Assembly: GCA_039930765.1 (NCBI GenBank)
Contig: JBDTTF010000106.1
Span: forward strand, 30,373 to 94,372
Direction: 5' to 3'
Source of the DNA: Gemmatimonadota bacterium
GTDB taxonomy: Bacteria > Gemmatimonadota > Gemmatimonadetes > Gemmatimonadales > GWC2-71-9
Length of the DNA stretch: 64,000 nucleotides
The number at the start of each line of letters is the position of its first letter. Position 1 is the stretch's first letter. Below, piece after piece: positions 48,040 to 56,588 of the stretch. Under the pieces are notes generated by a model. It had not been told where the DNA came from. It worked only from the letters and a program-made list of their open reading frames with translations, and made no database searches. The position numbers and the translations under genes are program-made.

Positions 48040-49743
48040 ATGTTGAAGCGCGAAATCCTGATCAACGGCACCCCGCGGGAGACGCGGGTGGCCATCCTCG
48101 AGGACGACCGGCTCGCCGAACTGATGATCGACCGGCCCGACCACCGTCGGTCGGTTGGGGACATCTATCTCGGACGGGTTGAAGCAGTCCTTCCCGGTAT
48201 TCAGGCCGCCTTCATCGACATTGGGCTCGAAAAGAGCGCCTTCCTCCACGCCTCCGACCTCCTCGAACCCGATGAGGACGATGACGAGGACGAGGAAGAG
48301 GTCGATCATCCCGATGATCCTGCCGCGGCCGAGGCGGCCGCCGCCGCCCCCGAGACAGAATCGGAAGAACCGCGGCCGGCTGGTGGTCGCAATGACCGGG
48401 GAGGTCGCACTGGTGGCCGCAACGGGCGGGGCGGCCGCAACGGTGTCGCGGCTCCCGAGCCTGAATCCCGCCAGCGTGAAGTCTCCTCCCGCGGTGCCAT
48501 TCCGAACATCCAGGACCTGATCAAGAAGGGCGAGACGAAGCTGGTCCAGGTCACCAAGGAGCCCATCAGCACCAAGGGCCCCAGGGTCACGGCGCAGATC
48601 AGTCTGCCGGGCCGGTTCCTGGTCTACATGCCCTATGCCTCGAAGGTCGGCGTCAGCCGGAAAATTGAGAGTCGGGAGCAGCGCCAGAAGCTGCGTGAAA
48701 TGGTGACCAACCTGTTGCCCAAGGATTCCGGCGGCGTCATCGTCCGGACGGTGGCGGAGGGAATTACCGAAGAGCTGGTCAGCCGGGAGATCGAATCGCT
48801 CCTGGCGCTTTGGAAGAAGATCAATCGCAAGAAGACCTTCGTGCGGGCACCCTCGCTGGTCCAGCGTGAAACCAGCCTGACCCGCGGCATTATTCGCGAC
48901 CTGTTCAGTGCCAAGGTCGACGCGTTGCACGTCGATTCCAAGGAGCTGTTCAACGAAGTCGAGTCGTACCTGAACCAGGTCGACCCCGAACTGCTCACCC
49001 GGGTGCACCTGACCCAGGATCCGACCCCGCTGTTCGAGAAGTTCGACATCGAGAACGAGATCCGCGATCTGTTCAAGTCGCGCTGTGAGCTGTCCACCGG
49101 CGGCTCGATCATCATCCAGCCCACCGAGGCGCTGGTCTCGATTGACGTGAACACCGGCCGCTACACCGGCAAGAAGGATCCCGAGAAGACCATTCTCCGG
49201 ACCAACATCGAGGCCGCCCGGGAAATTGCCCGCCAGATCCGGCTCCGTGATATCGGCGGCATTATCGTCTGCGATTTCATCGACATGGAAACCCGGGCCA
49301 ACCGGGATCGGGTGCTGCAGGAACTTCGTGGCCACCTCGGTCGAGACCGGGCCCGCACCAAGGCCTACGCGGTCTCCGAACTCGGCCTGATCGAAATGAC
49401 CCGCCAGCGGGTCCGCCCCTCGCTCTGGCATTCGATGACCACCGACTGTCCCACCTGCTCGGCCAGTGGCCGGGTGTTCACCCCCGAGGTCGTCACTCGC
49501 AGGCTGGAGCGTTCGCTCAAGCGGGCGGGCCGGGAAAAGAAGGAGCGGCAACTGGCCGTCCGATTGCACCCGGAAGTGGCGCTGTACCTGCTCGAGGAAG
49601 AGCCCAAACTGGTCCACACGCTGACCCGGATGACCGGCCTCGATATCGAGCTCCGGGACGACCCGATGATGCGGCTGGATGAGTTCCGACTGATGAGCCG
49701 GCCGGCAGGGCGGGATGTGACGGAACTCTACGCGGTAGCGTAG
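48040..49743 (+). CDS. rng: ribonuclease G/E family endoribonuclease
   Basis: MLKREILIN.., S1-domain region GDIYLGRVEAVLPGIQAAFIDIG, VQVTKEPISTKGPRVT, IDVNTGRY and IIVCDFIDM motifs. Contains a charged insert. Confidence 0.9.
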   Translation: MLKREILINGTPRETRVAILEDDRLAELMIDRPDHRRSVGDIYLGRVEAVLPGIQAAFIDIGLEKSAFLHASDLLEPDEDDDEDEEEVDHPDDPAAAEAAAAAPETESEEPRPAGGRNDRGGRTGGRNGRGGRNGVAAPEPESRQREVSSRGAIPNIQDLIKKGETKLVQVTKEPISTKGPRVTAQISLPGRFLVYMPYASKVGVSRKIESREQRQKLREMVTNLLPKDSGGVIVRTVAEGITEELVSREIESLLALWKKINRKKTFVRAPSLVQRETSLTRGIIRDLFSAKVDALHVDSKELFNEVESYLNQVDPELLTRVHLTQDPTPLFEKFDIENEIRDLFKSRCELSTGGSIIIQPTEALVSIDVNTGRYTGKKDPEKTILRTNIEAAREIARQIRLRDIGGIIVCDFIDMETRANRDRVLQELRGHLGRDRARTKAYAVSELGLIEMTRQRVRPSLWHSMTTDCPTCSASGRVFTPEVVTRRLERSLKRAGREKKERQLAVRLHPEVALYLLEEEPKLVHTLTRMTGLDIELRDDPMMRLDEFRLMSRPAGRDVTELYAVA

Positions 49744-49747
49744 AGGG

Positions 49748-49771
49748 CGGACTGTCGGACGGTCAGACAGT
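49748..49771 (+). repeat. tandem octamer (CGGACNGT)x3, 5 nt after the rng stop
   Basis: Read directly: cggactgt cggacggt cagacagt. Confidence 0.8.
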
Positions 49772-49833
49772 TAGAATGCGCGCGATCCAAGGCGGACACG
49801 CAGTGGCGCTCATCCGGTCAGCGCATAGCGTTT

Positions 49834-49896
49834 GCCCGTCCTGCCCGTCCTGCCCGTCCTGCCCGTCCTGCCCGTCCTGCCCGTCCTGCCCGTCCC
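49834..49896 (+). repeat. tandem nonamer (GCCCGTCCT): 6 perfect copies plus 1 variant
   Basis: Read directly. The array ends 4 nt before the candidate -35 of rplU. Confidence 0.95.
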
Positions 49897-49900
49897 CGCC

Positions 49901-49929
49901 TTGACCTAACTCCGCCCCCGGATTAAGAT
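49901..49929 (+). promoter_or_regulatory. candidate sigma70-type promoter TTGACC-17-TAAGAT for rplU-rpmA
   Basis: Hexamers and the 17-nt spacer read directly. The start codon lies about 40 nt downstream. Confidence 0.5.
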
Positions 49930-49970
49930 TGCGGGCTCTCAAATCACGTTCTTTTCGCTGCAAGGTCACT

Positions 49971-50285
49971 ATGTACGCGATTTTCCGGGCCCTGGGCAAG
50001 CAATTCCGGGCCGAAAAAGGCAAGCTGATCCAGCTACCGCTGATGAATGCGGAGCCGGGTACCTCGATCACTTTCGACGAGGTGCTGCTGTCGTCGGATG
50101 GCACCACGATCAAGGCGGGCAGTCCGCTGATCAAGGGCGCTTCGGTCACCGCCGAAGTCATCCGGACCGGCAAGGAAAAGAAGATCTTCGTCTGGAAGTT
50201 CAAGCGCCGGAAGAACATCCGGAAGAAGACCGGCCACCGCCAGAAGTTTACCGAGGTCAAGATCACCGACCTCTCGATCGGCTGA
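49971..50285 (+). CDS. rplU: 50S ribosomal protein L21
   Basis: [17 protein letters not shown]... and the [25 protein letters not shown] motif. Confidence 0.95.
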   Translation: MYAIFRALGKQFRAEKGKLIQLPLMNAEPGTSITFDEVLLSSDGTTIKAGSPLIKGASVTAEVIRTGKEKKIFVWKFKRRKNIRKKTGHRQKFTEVKITDLSIG

Positions 50286-50292
50286 GGATACC

Positions 50293-50565
50293 ATGGCTCA
50301 CAAGAAGGGCGTCGGCTCCAGCCGCAACGGCCGCAACAGCAACCCCCAGTATCTGGGCGTGAAGCGGTATGGTGGTGAACAGGTCACGGCGGGCAGCATC
50401 ATCGTGCGCCAGCGTGGCACCAAGTTCCATCCCGGCAAGAACGTGCTCCGGGCCAGCGATGATTCGCTTTTTGCCACCGTGGATGGCGTGGTCAAATTCG
50501 AATTCAAGGACAAGGGCCGCCAGAAGATCTCGGTCTACCCCGGCGTGGCTACCGCGACCGCCTGA
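50293..50565 (+). CDS. rpmA: 50S ribosomal protein L27
   Basis: [31 protein letters not shown] is the canonical L27 N-terminus. Confidence 0.95.
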   Translation: MAHKKGVGSSRNGRNSNPQYLGVKRYGGEQVTAGSIIVRQRGTKFHPGKNVLRASDDSLFATVDGVVKFEFKDKGRQKISVYPGVATATA

Positions 50566-50589
50566 CCGGAATCTGCTTCCAGTACGACC

Positions 50590-50622
50590 AGGCGCCGGGG
50601 ATTTCCCCGGCGCCTTCATTTT
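50590..50622 (+). terminator. Rho-independent terminator after rpmA
   Basis: 11-bp stem aggcgccgggg / ccccggcgcct with loop attt, followed by tcatttt. Confidence 0.75.
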
Positions 50623-50678
50623 GAAACATAGGCCGCCGTCGGTACGTTCTGGGGGCACCTTCAGCAGGAGTAAGCAGC

Positions 50679-51017
50679 ATGGCTTCGCTCTTCGAGCGCC
50701 TCAACACTGAAGTCGAGCAGTTCGGCCGCAAGGCACAAGCGGCCATCGACGAAGGCAAGCTCCGCCTGGAGTTCTTTCGCCTCCGGCGTGACCAGGACGA
50801 CACCAATCGTGAACTCGGACGGCTGTTCCACTGCCGTGAGCGCGGCCAGGAAGTGGATGCGGCCCATATGGACGGGCTGCTGCTCAAGCTCGACCAGATC
50901 GGCGCCGAGCTGACCCGGATCGAGCGGGCCATTGCGAGCACCGGTGGTGAGGTGGTGAGCATGTCCACCGAAGTGCCCCCTACCGATGATACGCCGCCGG
51001 AGCCGCACGCCACCTGA
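50679..51017 (+). CDS. hypothetical coiled-coil protein
   Basis: ATG preceded by AGGAG. Charged heptad-like sequence with high third-position GC. No family recognised. Confidence 0.5.
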   Translation: MASLFERLNTEVEQFGRKAQAAIDEGKLRLEFFRLRRDQDDTNRELGRLFHCRERGQEVDAAHMDGLLLKLDQIGAELTRIERAIASTGGEVVSMSTEVPPTDDTPPEPHAT

Positions 51018-51022
51018 GTTCA

Positions 51023-51036
51023 GTGCCGATTGCCGA
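51023..51036 (+). repeat. tandem heptamer (KTGCCGA)x2, 6 nt after the stop at 51015-51017
   Basis: Read directly: gtgccga ttgccga. Confidence 0.8.
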
Positions 51037-51040
51037 AAAG

Positions 51041-51078
51041 CAAAGGGCCCCATCCTGAGCAGAGGATGGGGCCCTTTG
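51041..51078. terminator. bidirectional Rho-independent terminator
   Basis: Perfect 15-bp stem caaagggccccatcc / ggatggggccctttg with an 8-nt loop, flanked by A-run and T-run, between convergent genes. Confidence 0.8.
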
Positions 51079-51092
51079 TTGCTCGAGGCTGG

Positions 51093-52343
51093 CTACTTCG
51101 ACTCGTAATCTGGCGGCAGATGCTTGTAGCGCTCGAATAGCTCCGACTGACGGCTGACCAATGGCTGCTCCACACCACGAATCAGGATCACCTCGGCTCG
51201 GCTCGCGTAGTCGAGCGGATCACCGGACCAGACGACGACGTTGGCCACCTTGCCTGCCTCCAGGGAGCCATAGCTCTTGTCGATGCCGAATGCCCTGGCC
51301 GGGGCCAGGGTAATCGACGCCAGCGCATCATCCCAGGTCATGCCAAACCGGACACCATGGCCGGCGGCCCAGCGGAGATTGCGCGGCCCGCCACTCTCAC
51401 CCTCGACGACCAGCACCGGAACGCCGGCGGCCCGGAGCAGCGCGGCATTGTCGAACCGGGCACCCAGTCCATCGAAGCTCGGAATGTTGTTGATCGTGTT
51501 GACCGCGACCGGCACGCCGGCCTTGGCCAGTTCGTCGGCCAGCTGCCAGGCCTCGATGCCGCCAGAAACGATCAATCGAAGGTGGAATTCCCTGGCCAGT
51601 CTCAGGGCGCTGAGAATGTCGCTCCGCCGATTGGCTACCACCACGACAGGCTCCTCGCCCTTGAGCGCGGGCCGCAGCGCCTCGAGCTCGGCGGCGGGTG
51701 CCGCCAGCGACTGGATCTGGTTCTTCTGGAAGTCCGCCTTTCGACGGTCATACTCCAGCGCGTCGTTGAACAGGTGGCGCAGCGTCTCGAGCACGCCAGC
51801 CCGGCTGCCGCCGCCGGCGCTCTTGCTGCCCTCGTTGAGGTTGATCACCAGTGCCGCCGGCGACTTCACGACCATCGATTCGATTCGGTCGCCCGCCAGG
51901 TCGATGATCACGGCCTGTCCAGGGATCAATCCGCCTGACGGGGCGCTCACCGCCGTGGTCACACCACCCAAGCGGGCAATCGGGATCAGCACGTTGGAAG
52001 GATCAATTCCCTCAGCCACATTGAAGGCGGCGTTGATGTCGCCGGTGTGAGTCCCTTCGTTGGTTCCGTCCACCGAACCGACCTGGCTGAGGCCGATCGA
52101 CGAGCCGGCATGAATCAGCCCGGGCGTGACCCACTTGCCCTTGGCGTCGATAACCCTGGCTCCGCTGGGAACCGGGATGCCGGCGCCGACGGCCACGATC
52201 TTCCCGTCCTGGATCAAGACCGTGCCCATCTCGATTTTCGGACCCGATACCGGATACACCGTGCCGCCCGAGATCGCGATCGTCTGGGCCTGGCCAACGC
52301 TCGCGCCTGCGCAAAGCGCAATCAACGTTGCCGCGCCGACCAT
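51093..52343 (-). CDS. secreted amidohydrolase-family metallohydrolase
   Basis: Signal-like MVGAATLIALCAGASVGQAQT with an amidohydrolase fold (VTPGLIHAGSSIG.., C-terminal GSLEAGKVANVVVWSGDPL). The ORF extends to 52430 (ATGA with the upstream stop), but that extension is encoded by a tandem-repeat array. Confidence 0.75.
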   Translation of the reverse strand: MVGAATLIALCAGASVGQAQTIAISGGTVYPVSGPKIEMGTVLIQDGKIVAVGAGIPVPSGARVIDAKGKWVTPGLIHAGSSIGLSQVGSVDGTNEGTHTGDINAAFNVAEGIDPSNVLIPIARLGGVTTAVSAPSGGLIPGQAVIIDLAGDRIESMVVKSPAALVINLNEGSKSAGGGSRAGVLETLRHLFNDALEYDRRKADFQKNQIQSLAAPAAELEALRPALKGEEPVVVVANRRSDILSALRLAREFHLRLIVSGGIEAWQLADELAKAGVPVAVNTINNIPSFDGLGARFDNAALLRAAGVPVLVVEGESGGPRNLRWAAGHGVRFGMTWDDALASITLAPARAFGIDKSYGSLEAGKVANVVVWSGDPLDYASRAEVILIRGVEQPLVSRQSELFERYKHLPPDYESK

Positions 52344-52365
52344 CGTTGCAACTGCCTGCTTCCGA

Positions 52366-52427
52366 CGGTCCGTCGTTCCGTCGGCCCGTCGACAAGCCCC
52401 CTCGTCCGCCCGTCCGCCTGTCCGCCT
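52366..52427 (-). repeat. degenerate 8-nt periodic array; minus strand reads (CGGACRRG)x3 starting 2 nt after the stop of the upstream amidohydrolase
   Basis: Plus strand ctcgtccg cccgtccg cctgtccg at 52401-52424, plus ccgtcgtt ccgtcggc ccgtcgac at 52370-52393. Confidence 0.8.
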
Positions 52428-53836
52428 CATTGTCCGACTCCCGGGTCAGTAATCCCGACGTTGAAATCGGTCCTGGGCTGGTGCTTCGGATCATGCCGGT
52501 CATATACCAGCCAGCCGTCGTTATAGACCTGCTCGGCCTTGCTGTACACCGAGAAGGGATCACCGGACCAGAGTACCACGTCCGCGGCCTTGCCGGATTC
52601 GAGTGTTCCGGTGAGCGAGTCGATGCCGAGTGCCCAGGCGGGATTGGCCGTGATCCAGCGGATAGCCTGTTCCCGCGTGATCGGCACCCCGGACTGGTTG
52701 CCCGCGGCCATGGCCTTGCCGGCCTCTTCGTTCAGCCGCTGGATCCCGATCGCGTCATCGGAGTGAATGATGGTCCGGGCGCCCGCCTGCTGAACCAGCG
52801 CCGCATTCTGGGGAACGGCGTCGAACGCCTCCATCTTGAAACAGCACCAATCGGCCCACATCGCGGCCGCCACCCCTTCGCGCGCCAGCACGTCGGCGAT
52901 CTTGTAGGCCTCGACCGCGTGATGAAAGGTGCGAATGTGGAACCCGAACTCCTTGCTCAGGTCGATCATCTGCTGCATTTCGTCGGCCCGGTAGCAATGG
53001 TTGTGCACCAGAATCTTGCCGCGTAGCACATCGGCCAGGGTCTCGAGCTTGAGATCACGAGTCGGCGGATCCCCCTTCTTGTCCTTGAGCCAGCGATCCC
53101 AGTCGCGCCGGTACCGCTCGGCGTCGATAAACGCGGCACGATATCCCGCCATGTTCCCCATTCGGGTGGAGGGTCCGCTGTTCTGGTAGACCCGCTTGGG
53201 GTTCTCGCCGCAAGCCATCTTGAGGCCGTAAGGAGCGCCGGGATATTTCATTTCCTGCACGCTACGTGAAGGCACCAGCCTCAGCACCGCCGAGCGGCCT
53301 CCGATCAGGTTGGCCGAGCCGGGCAGGGCCTGAATGACCGTGACACCCCCGGCGATGGCCAGCGGGATCTGCGGGTCCTGCGGCCAGAAGGAGTGCTCGG
53401 CCCAGACCTGGGCGGTGACGGGGCTGGTGGCCTCGTTGCCATCGCTCTCGGCAAAGGTTCCCGGCGCGGAATACACCCCGATGTGACTGTGCACATCGAT
53501 GATACCGGGCGTCACGTACTTGCCGGTGCCGTCGACGGTCACCGCGTCCTCGGGGGCCGCAATGTTGTTGCCCACCGCCACAACCTTGCCGTCCTTGAAC
53601 AGGATCGACGCGCCGGGCTGCTCGGGGCCGGCCGCCGTCAGGATCGTGGCATTCCTGATCAGGACGGGGGGATTGTCCTTACGGTGGTAGGTCGAGGCAT
53701 ACTGCGACCGGAGGGCGCTGATCGAGTCGGAGGGATTGGCCACCGGAGTGGCGCCGGTATTTGGCCTGGCGCCGCCGGCGCATCCCGCCAGCTGGATGGC
53801 CACGATTCCGAACAGCAGCGAACGTGACTGCGGCAA
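52427..53836 (-). CDS. amidohydrolase-family metallohydrolase, lipoprotein
   Basis: Lipobox IQLAGCAG. VTPGIIDVHSHIG metal-binding motif and C-terminal GTLESGKAADVVLWSGDPF. Confidence 0.8.
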   Translation of the reverse strand: MPQSRSLLFGIVAIQLAGCAGGARPNTGATPVANPSDSISALRSQYASTYHRKDNPPVLIRNATILTAAGPEQPGASILFKDGKVVAVGNNIAAPEDAVTVDGTGKYVTPGIIDVHSHIGVYSAPGTFAESDGNEATSPVTAQVWAEHSFWPQDPQIPLAIAGGVTVIQALPGSANLIGGRSAVLRLVPSRSVQEMKYPGAPYGLKMACGENPKRVYQNSGPSTRMGNMAGYRAAFIDAERYRRDWDRWLKDKKGDPPTRDLKLETLADVLRGKILVHNHCYRADEMQQMIDLSKEFGFHIRTFHHAVEAYKIADVLAREGVAAAMWADWCCFKMEAFDAVPQNAALVQQAGARTIIHSDDAIGIQRLNEEAGKAMAAGNQSGVPITREQAIRWITANPAWALGIDSLTGTLESGKAADVVLWSGDPFSVYSKAEQVYNDGWLVYDRHDPKHQPRTDFNVGITDPGVGQ

Positions 53837-53975
53837 CTGGACACTCCGGGTTGAGGCGGACTTCGATTCGCGAAATCGAACAGTTCATTGCGCGGCGACG
53901 ACGATGGTCTGGGCTTGGGGGTCTGGCCCGTACGGCCATTCCTGTCTGACGTTTCAACCGCTTGAAACTACGCCA

Positions 53976-54686
53976 TTACCGTGCGTATTCCAGCCGGACC
54001 TTCAACAGTCGATCGGGGAAATTACCGCAGAGACCATCAACCCCGATCCGGATCAGCCGGGCGGCTTCCGCGTCATCGTTCACCGTCCAGGCAATAACCG
54101 AGAGGCCTGAAAGGTGGAGGGTCTGGACCAGCAGTTCATCGATCAGATGGGATTCCTGCCAGACCGTGGCGGCTCCGGTTTTTTCCACCGCAGCCACCGT
54201 GTCGAGCAGATAGCTGGCCAGCAGCGCTCCCCGCTTGAGCGTCGGCCGTAATCGTCCGAGCCGGGTAATGATCCGGTGGTCGAACCCGTGGACTGCGTAG
54301 CGCTCGGGAGTCGGGCCGCTATCCAAGAGTTCCAGCAGCGCCGAGTCGGATGACGGCGGCAGCGTCTTGACTTCGACCCAGACCTCGAGGCCGGTGGCGG
54401 CGTTCAGGGCGGCAGAAAGGGTTGGCAGCGGTTCGCCGTTGGACAGACGGTATGGGGACAGGTCTGCGGCAGAGCAGAGTGGAATAGGTCCGATGCCAGG
54501 CACCACCGCATCGTGGTGCACCAGGAGCACCCCGTCCTGCGTGGCGTGGACATCCAGTTCGATTGCCTCGGCGCCGAGTGTCCTGGCGTGGTGGAACGCC
54601 GCGAGCGAGTTTTCCGGTCTCGATCCTGAGGCGCCGCGATGCGCGATGATCTGCGCTTTTGGTCCCCCTGAATCGTTTCGGGCCAT
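53976..54686 (-). CDS. glycerophosphodiester phosphodiesterase
   Basis: IIAHRGASGSRPENSLAAF...ELDVHATQDGVLLVHHD. ATG 54686 overlaps the thiolase stop (ATGA). Confidence 0.85.
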   Translation of the reverse strand: MARNDSGGPKAQIIAHRGASGSRPENSLAAFHHARTLGAEAIELDVHATQDGVLLVHHDAVVPGIGPIPLCSAADLSPYRLSNGEPLPTLSAALNAATGLEVWVEVKTLPPSSDSALLELLDSGPTPERYAVHGFDHRIITRLGRLRPTLKRGALLASYLLDTVAAVEKTGAATVWQESHLIDELLVQTLHLSGLSVIAWTVNDDAEAARLIRIGVDGLCGNFPDRLLKVRLEYAR

Positions 54687-55888
54687 CACCCCTCGACCCG
54701 CTCCACGACGACGGCAATACCCTGGCCGACTCCTATACACATCGACGCCACCCCGAACCGGCCTCCCGTGCGCCGCAGTCCGTGAACCAGGGTGGTCAGG
54801 ATCCGGGAGCCGCTGCTGCCGAGTGGATGTCCAAGGGCAATCGCTCCGCCGGACACATTGACCCGGGCTGGGTCGAGTTCCAGCTCGCGGATGCAGGCCA
54901 GCGCCTGCGATGCAAACGCCTCGTTGAGCTCGACCTGGTCGAGTTGACTGGCGCTGATTCCGGCTCGCGTCAGGGCCTTGGTCACGGCCGGGATCGGTCC
55001 CAGGCCCATCACCGACGGATCGACCCCGGCCACCGCGGTCGCCACGATCCGTGCGAGCGGAGTGGCGCCCTGCGCCTTGAGCGCGGCGGCGCTCAGGATC
55101 GAGAGCGCCGAAGCTCCATCATTGATTCCGCTGGAGGTGGCGGCGGTGACCGTGCCATCCTTCGTAAAGGCCGGCTTCATCCTGGCCAGCGCTTCCGTCG
55201 TCACGTCGGGGCGGGGAGGTTCATCCTGGTCAAGGCGCTTGGTGGTATTCCCCTTGTCTGGCACGTCGACCGGGACGATCTCGTCCTTGAAATGACCCGC
55301 CTTGATGGCCGCACCGGTCCGCCGCTGACTCTCGACCGCGAAGGCATCCTGCATTTCGCGAGTGATGCCGTACTGCCGGGCGACCTTTTCCGCCGTCTCT
55401 CCCAGCGAAATGGTCCACTCGGCAGGCATCTTCGGATTGGTGAACCGCCACCCGACGCTGGTGTCCGCCATGGCCGGTGGCGTCCGGTTCCAGGCCGAGC
55501 CCGACTTCAACATCACGTAGGGTGCCCGGGTCATGCTCTCCACGCCGCCCGCAATGAAGCGATCGCCTTCGCCGCTTCGGATGGCATGGGTGGCGGCGAT
55601 CACCGCCTGCAGTCCGGAGCCGCACAGCCGGTTCACGGTCTGTCCTGGCACGGTCACCGGCAGTCCAGCCAGCAGCAGGGCCATGCGGGCCACATTGCGG
55701 TTGTCTTCGCCGGCCTGGTTGGCGCAGCCGAAAATCACGTCGTCGATGCTGTCGCCGGCCAGGCCGCTCCGGTCCAGGACTCCGCGAATGACGACAGCGG
55801 CCAGGTCGTCGGGCCGGACTTCAGCCAGCATTCCACCAGCCCGGCCGGTCGGAGTCCTCACCGCGGCCGTGATGAACGCTTCAATCAT
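54686..55888 (-). CDS. acetyl-CoA C-acetyltransferase (thiolase II)
   Basis: [11 protein letters not shown] active-site Cys region, [21 protein letters not shown] and the C-terminal CIGVGQG. Confidence 0.9.
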   Translation of the reverse strand: MIEAFITAAVRTPTGRAGGMLAEVRPDDLAAVVIRGVLDRSGLAGDSIDDVIFGCANQAGEDNRNVARMALLLAGLPVTVPGQTVNRLCGSGLQAVIAATHAIRSGEGDRFIAGGVESMTRAPYVMLKSGSAWNRTPPAMADTSVGWRFTNPKMPAEWTISLGETAEKVARQYGITREMQDAFAVESQRRTGAAIKAGHFKDEIVPVDVPDKGNTTKRLDQDEPPRPDVTTEALARMKPAFTKDGTVTAATSSGINDGASALSILSAAALKAQGATPLARIVATAVAGVDPSVMGLGPIPAVTKALTRAGISASQLDQVELNEAFASQALACIRELELDPARVNVSGGAIALGHPLGSSGSRILTTLVHGLRRTGGRFGVASMCIGVGQGIAVVVERVEG

Positions 55889-56481
55889 GATGTCCTCTTG
55901 GGCAGCAGCCGACCATCGCCCCGGATGTAGCCGCCGAGGAACAGTTCCGTCAGCTGGTCCGCCAGCTGAGCAGGCGGGATGTTCCCGCCGGGCTGATACC
56001 AGGTATAGATCCAGTTGATCATGCCGAACAATGCATAGGCCGCTACCTTCGAATCTACGGTGGGCCGTTCGACCGCAGCCAGCAATCCGCTCAGCAAGGT
56101 GACGTATTCCTTCTTGCGCCGCCTGACCTGGGACCGCATGGCCCCGGCCAGCTGGGCCTCCTCGTGAGCCAGTACCTTCATTTCATCCATATGGCCGGTG
56201 AAATAAACCACATGATGGTGAATGAAGGCCCGCAATCGGCCCTCCGCGCCACTGGCGGCATCGACCGCTGCGTGGGCCCCGGCCGACACCTCGGCAAAAC
56301 AGCGGTCCTGGATCAGCCCCAGCAGCTCCTGCTTGCTGCGGACATAATGGTAGATCCCGGCCAGGCTCATTCCGCTGGCAGCCGAAAGGTCCCGCATCGA
56401 GGTCGCGTGGAATCCGCGCTCGGCGTAGGTTCGCGAAGCGGTGGACAGCAGCTGCTGGAGCCGTTGGTCAAAGGGGTTCAT
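55885..56481 (-). CDS. TetR/AcrR-family transcriptional regulator
   Basis: N-terminal HTH FHATSMRDLSAASGMSLAGIYHYVRSKQELL. Overlaps the thiolase start. Confidence 0.85.
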   Translation of the reverse strand: MNPFDQRLQQLLSTASRTYAERGFHATSMRDLSAASGMSLAGIYHYVRSKQELLGLIQDRCFAEVSAGAHAAVDAASGAEGRLRAFIHHHVVYFTGHMDEMKVLAHEEAQLAGAMRSQVRRRKKEYVTLLSGLLAAVERPTVDSKVAAYALFGMINWIYTWYQPGGNIPPAQLADQLTELFLGGYIRGDGRLLPKRTS

Positions 56482-56488
56482 GCCTCGT

Positions 56489-56504
56489 CCGAACGTTCGT
56501 TCGG
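56489..56504. promoter_or_regulatory. palindromic candidate TetR operator CCGAACGTTCGTTCGG
   Basis: It contains the perfect 10-bp palindrome CGAACGTTCG (56490-56499) and the inverted repeat CCGAACG-TT-CGTTCGG, 8 nt upstream of the tetR start. Confidence 0.45.
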
Positions 56505-56588
56505 GTCAAAGCTACGAGCGGACCGGCCCGCAGTCAACTCGGCAGGCTCCCTTAACAGGCGGGGCGGAATCGCGTCTCCAGGCTGGCG

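Noticed and set aside
47505-48182. 219-aa minus and 184-aa plus ORFs in the gap upstream of rng
   Set aside because: Both overlap real genes (MOSC or rng). Their composition is Arg/Trp/Cys/Gly-rich, and on the minus frame third-position GC is lower than in real genes. I treat the region as a non-coding leader.
47941-49617. 558-aa minus-strand ORF
   Set aside because: It is antisense to the RNase G/E gene and contains no motifs.
49834-49896. CRISPR array
   Set aside because: The repeats are contiguous 9-mers with no spacers. The same applies to the other arrays in the window. No cas genes are present.
49763-50266. 167-aa minus-strand ORF containing (GQD)n
   Set aside because: The repeat peptide is just the translation of the 9-mer DNA microsatellite. 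The rest of the ORF is antisense to rplU.
54659-55930. 423-aa plus-strand ORF
   Set aside because: It is antisense to the thiolase gene, whose active-site motifs are unambiguous on the minus strand.
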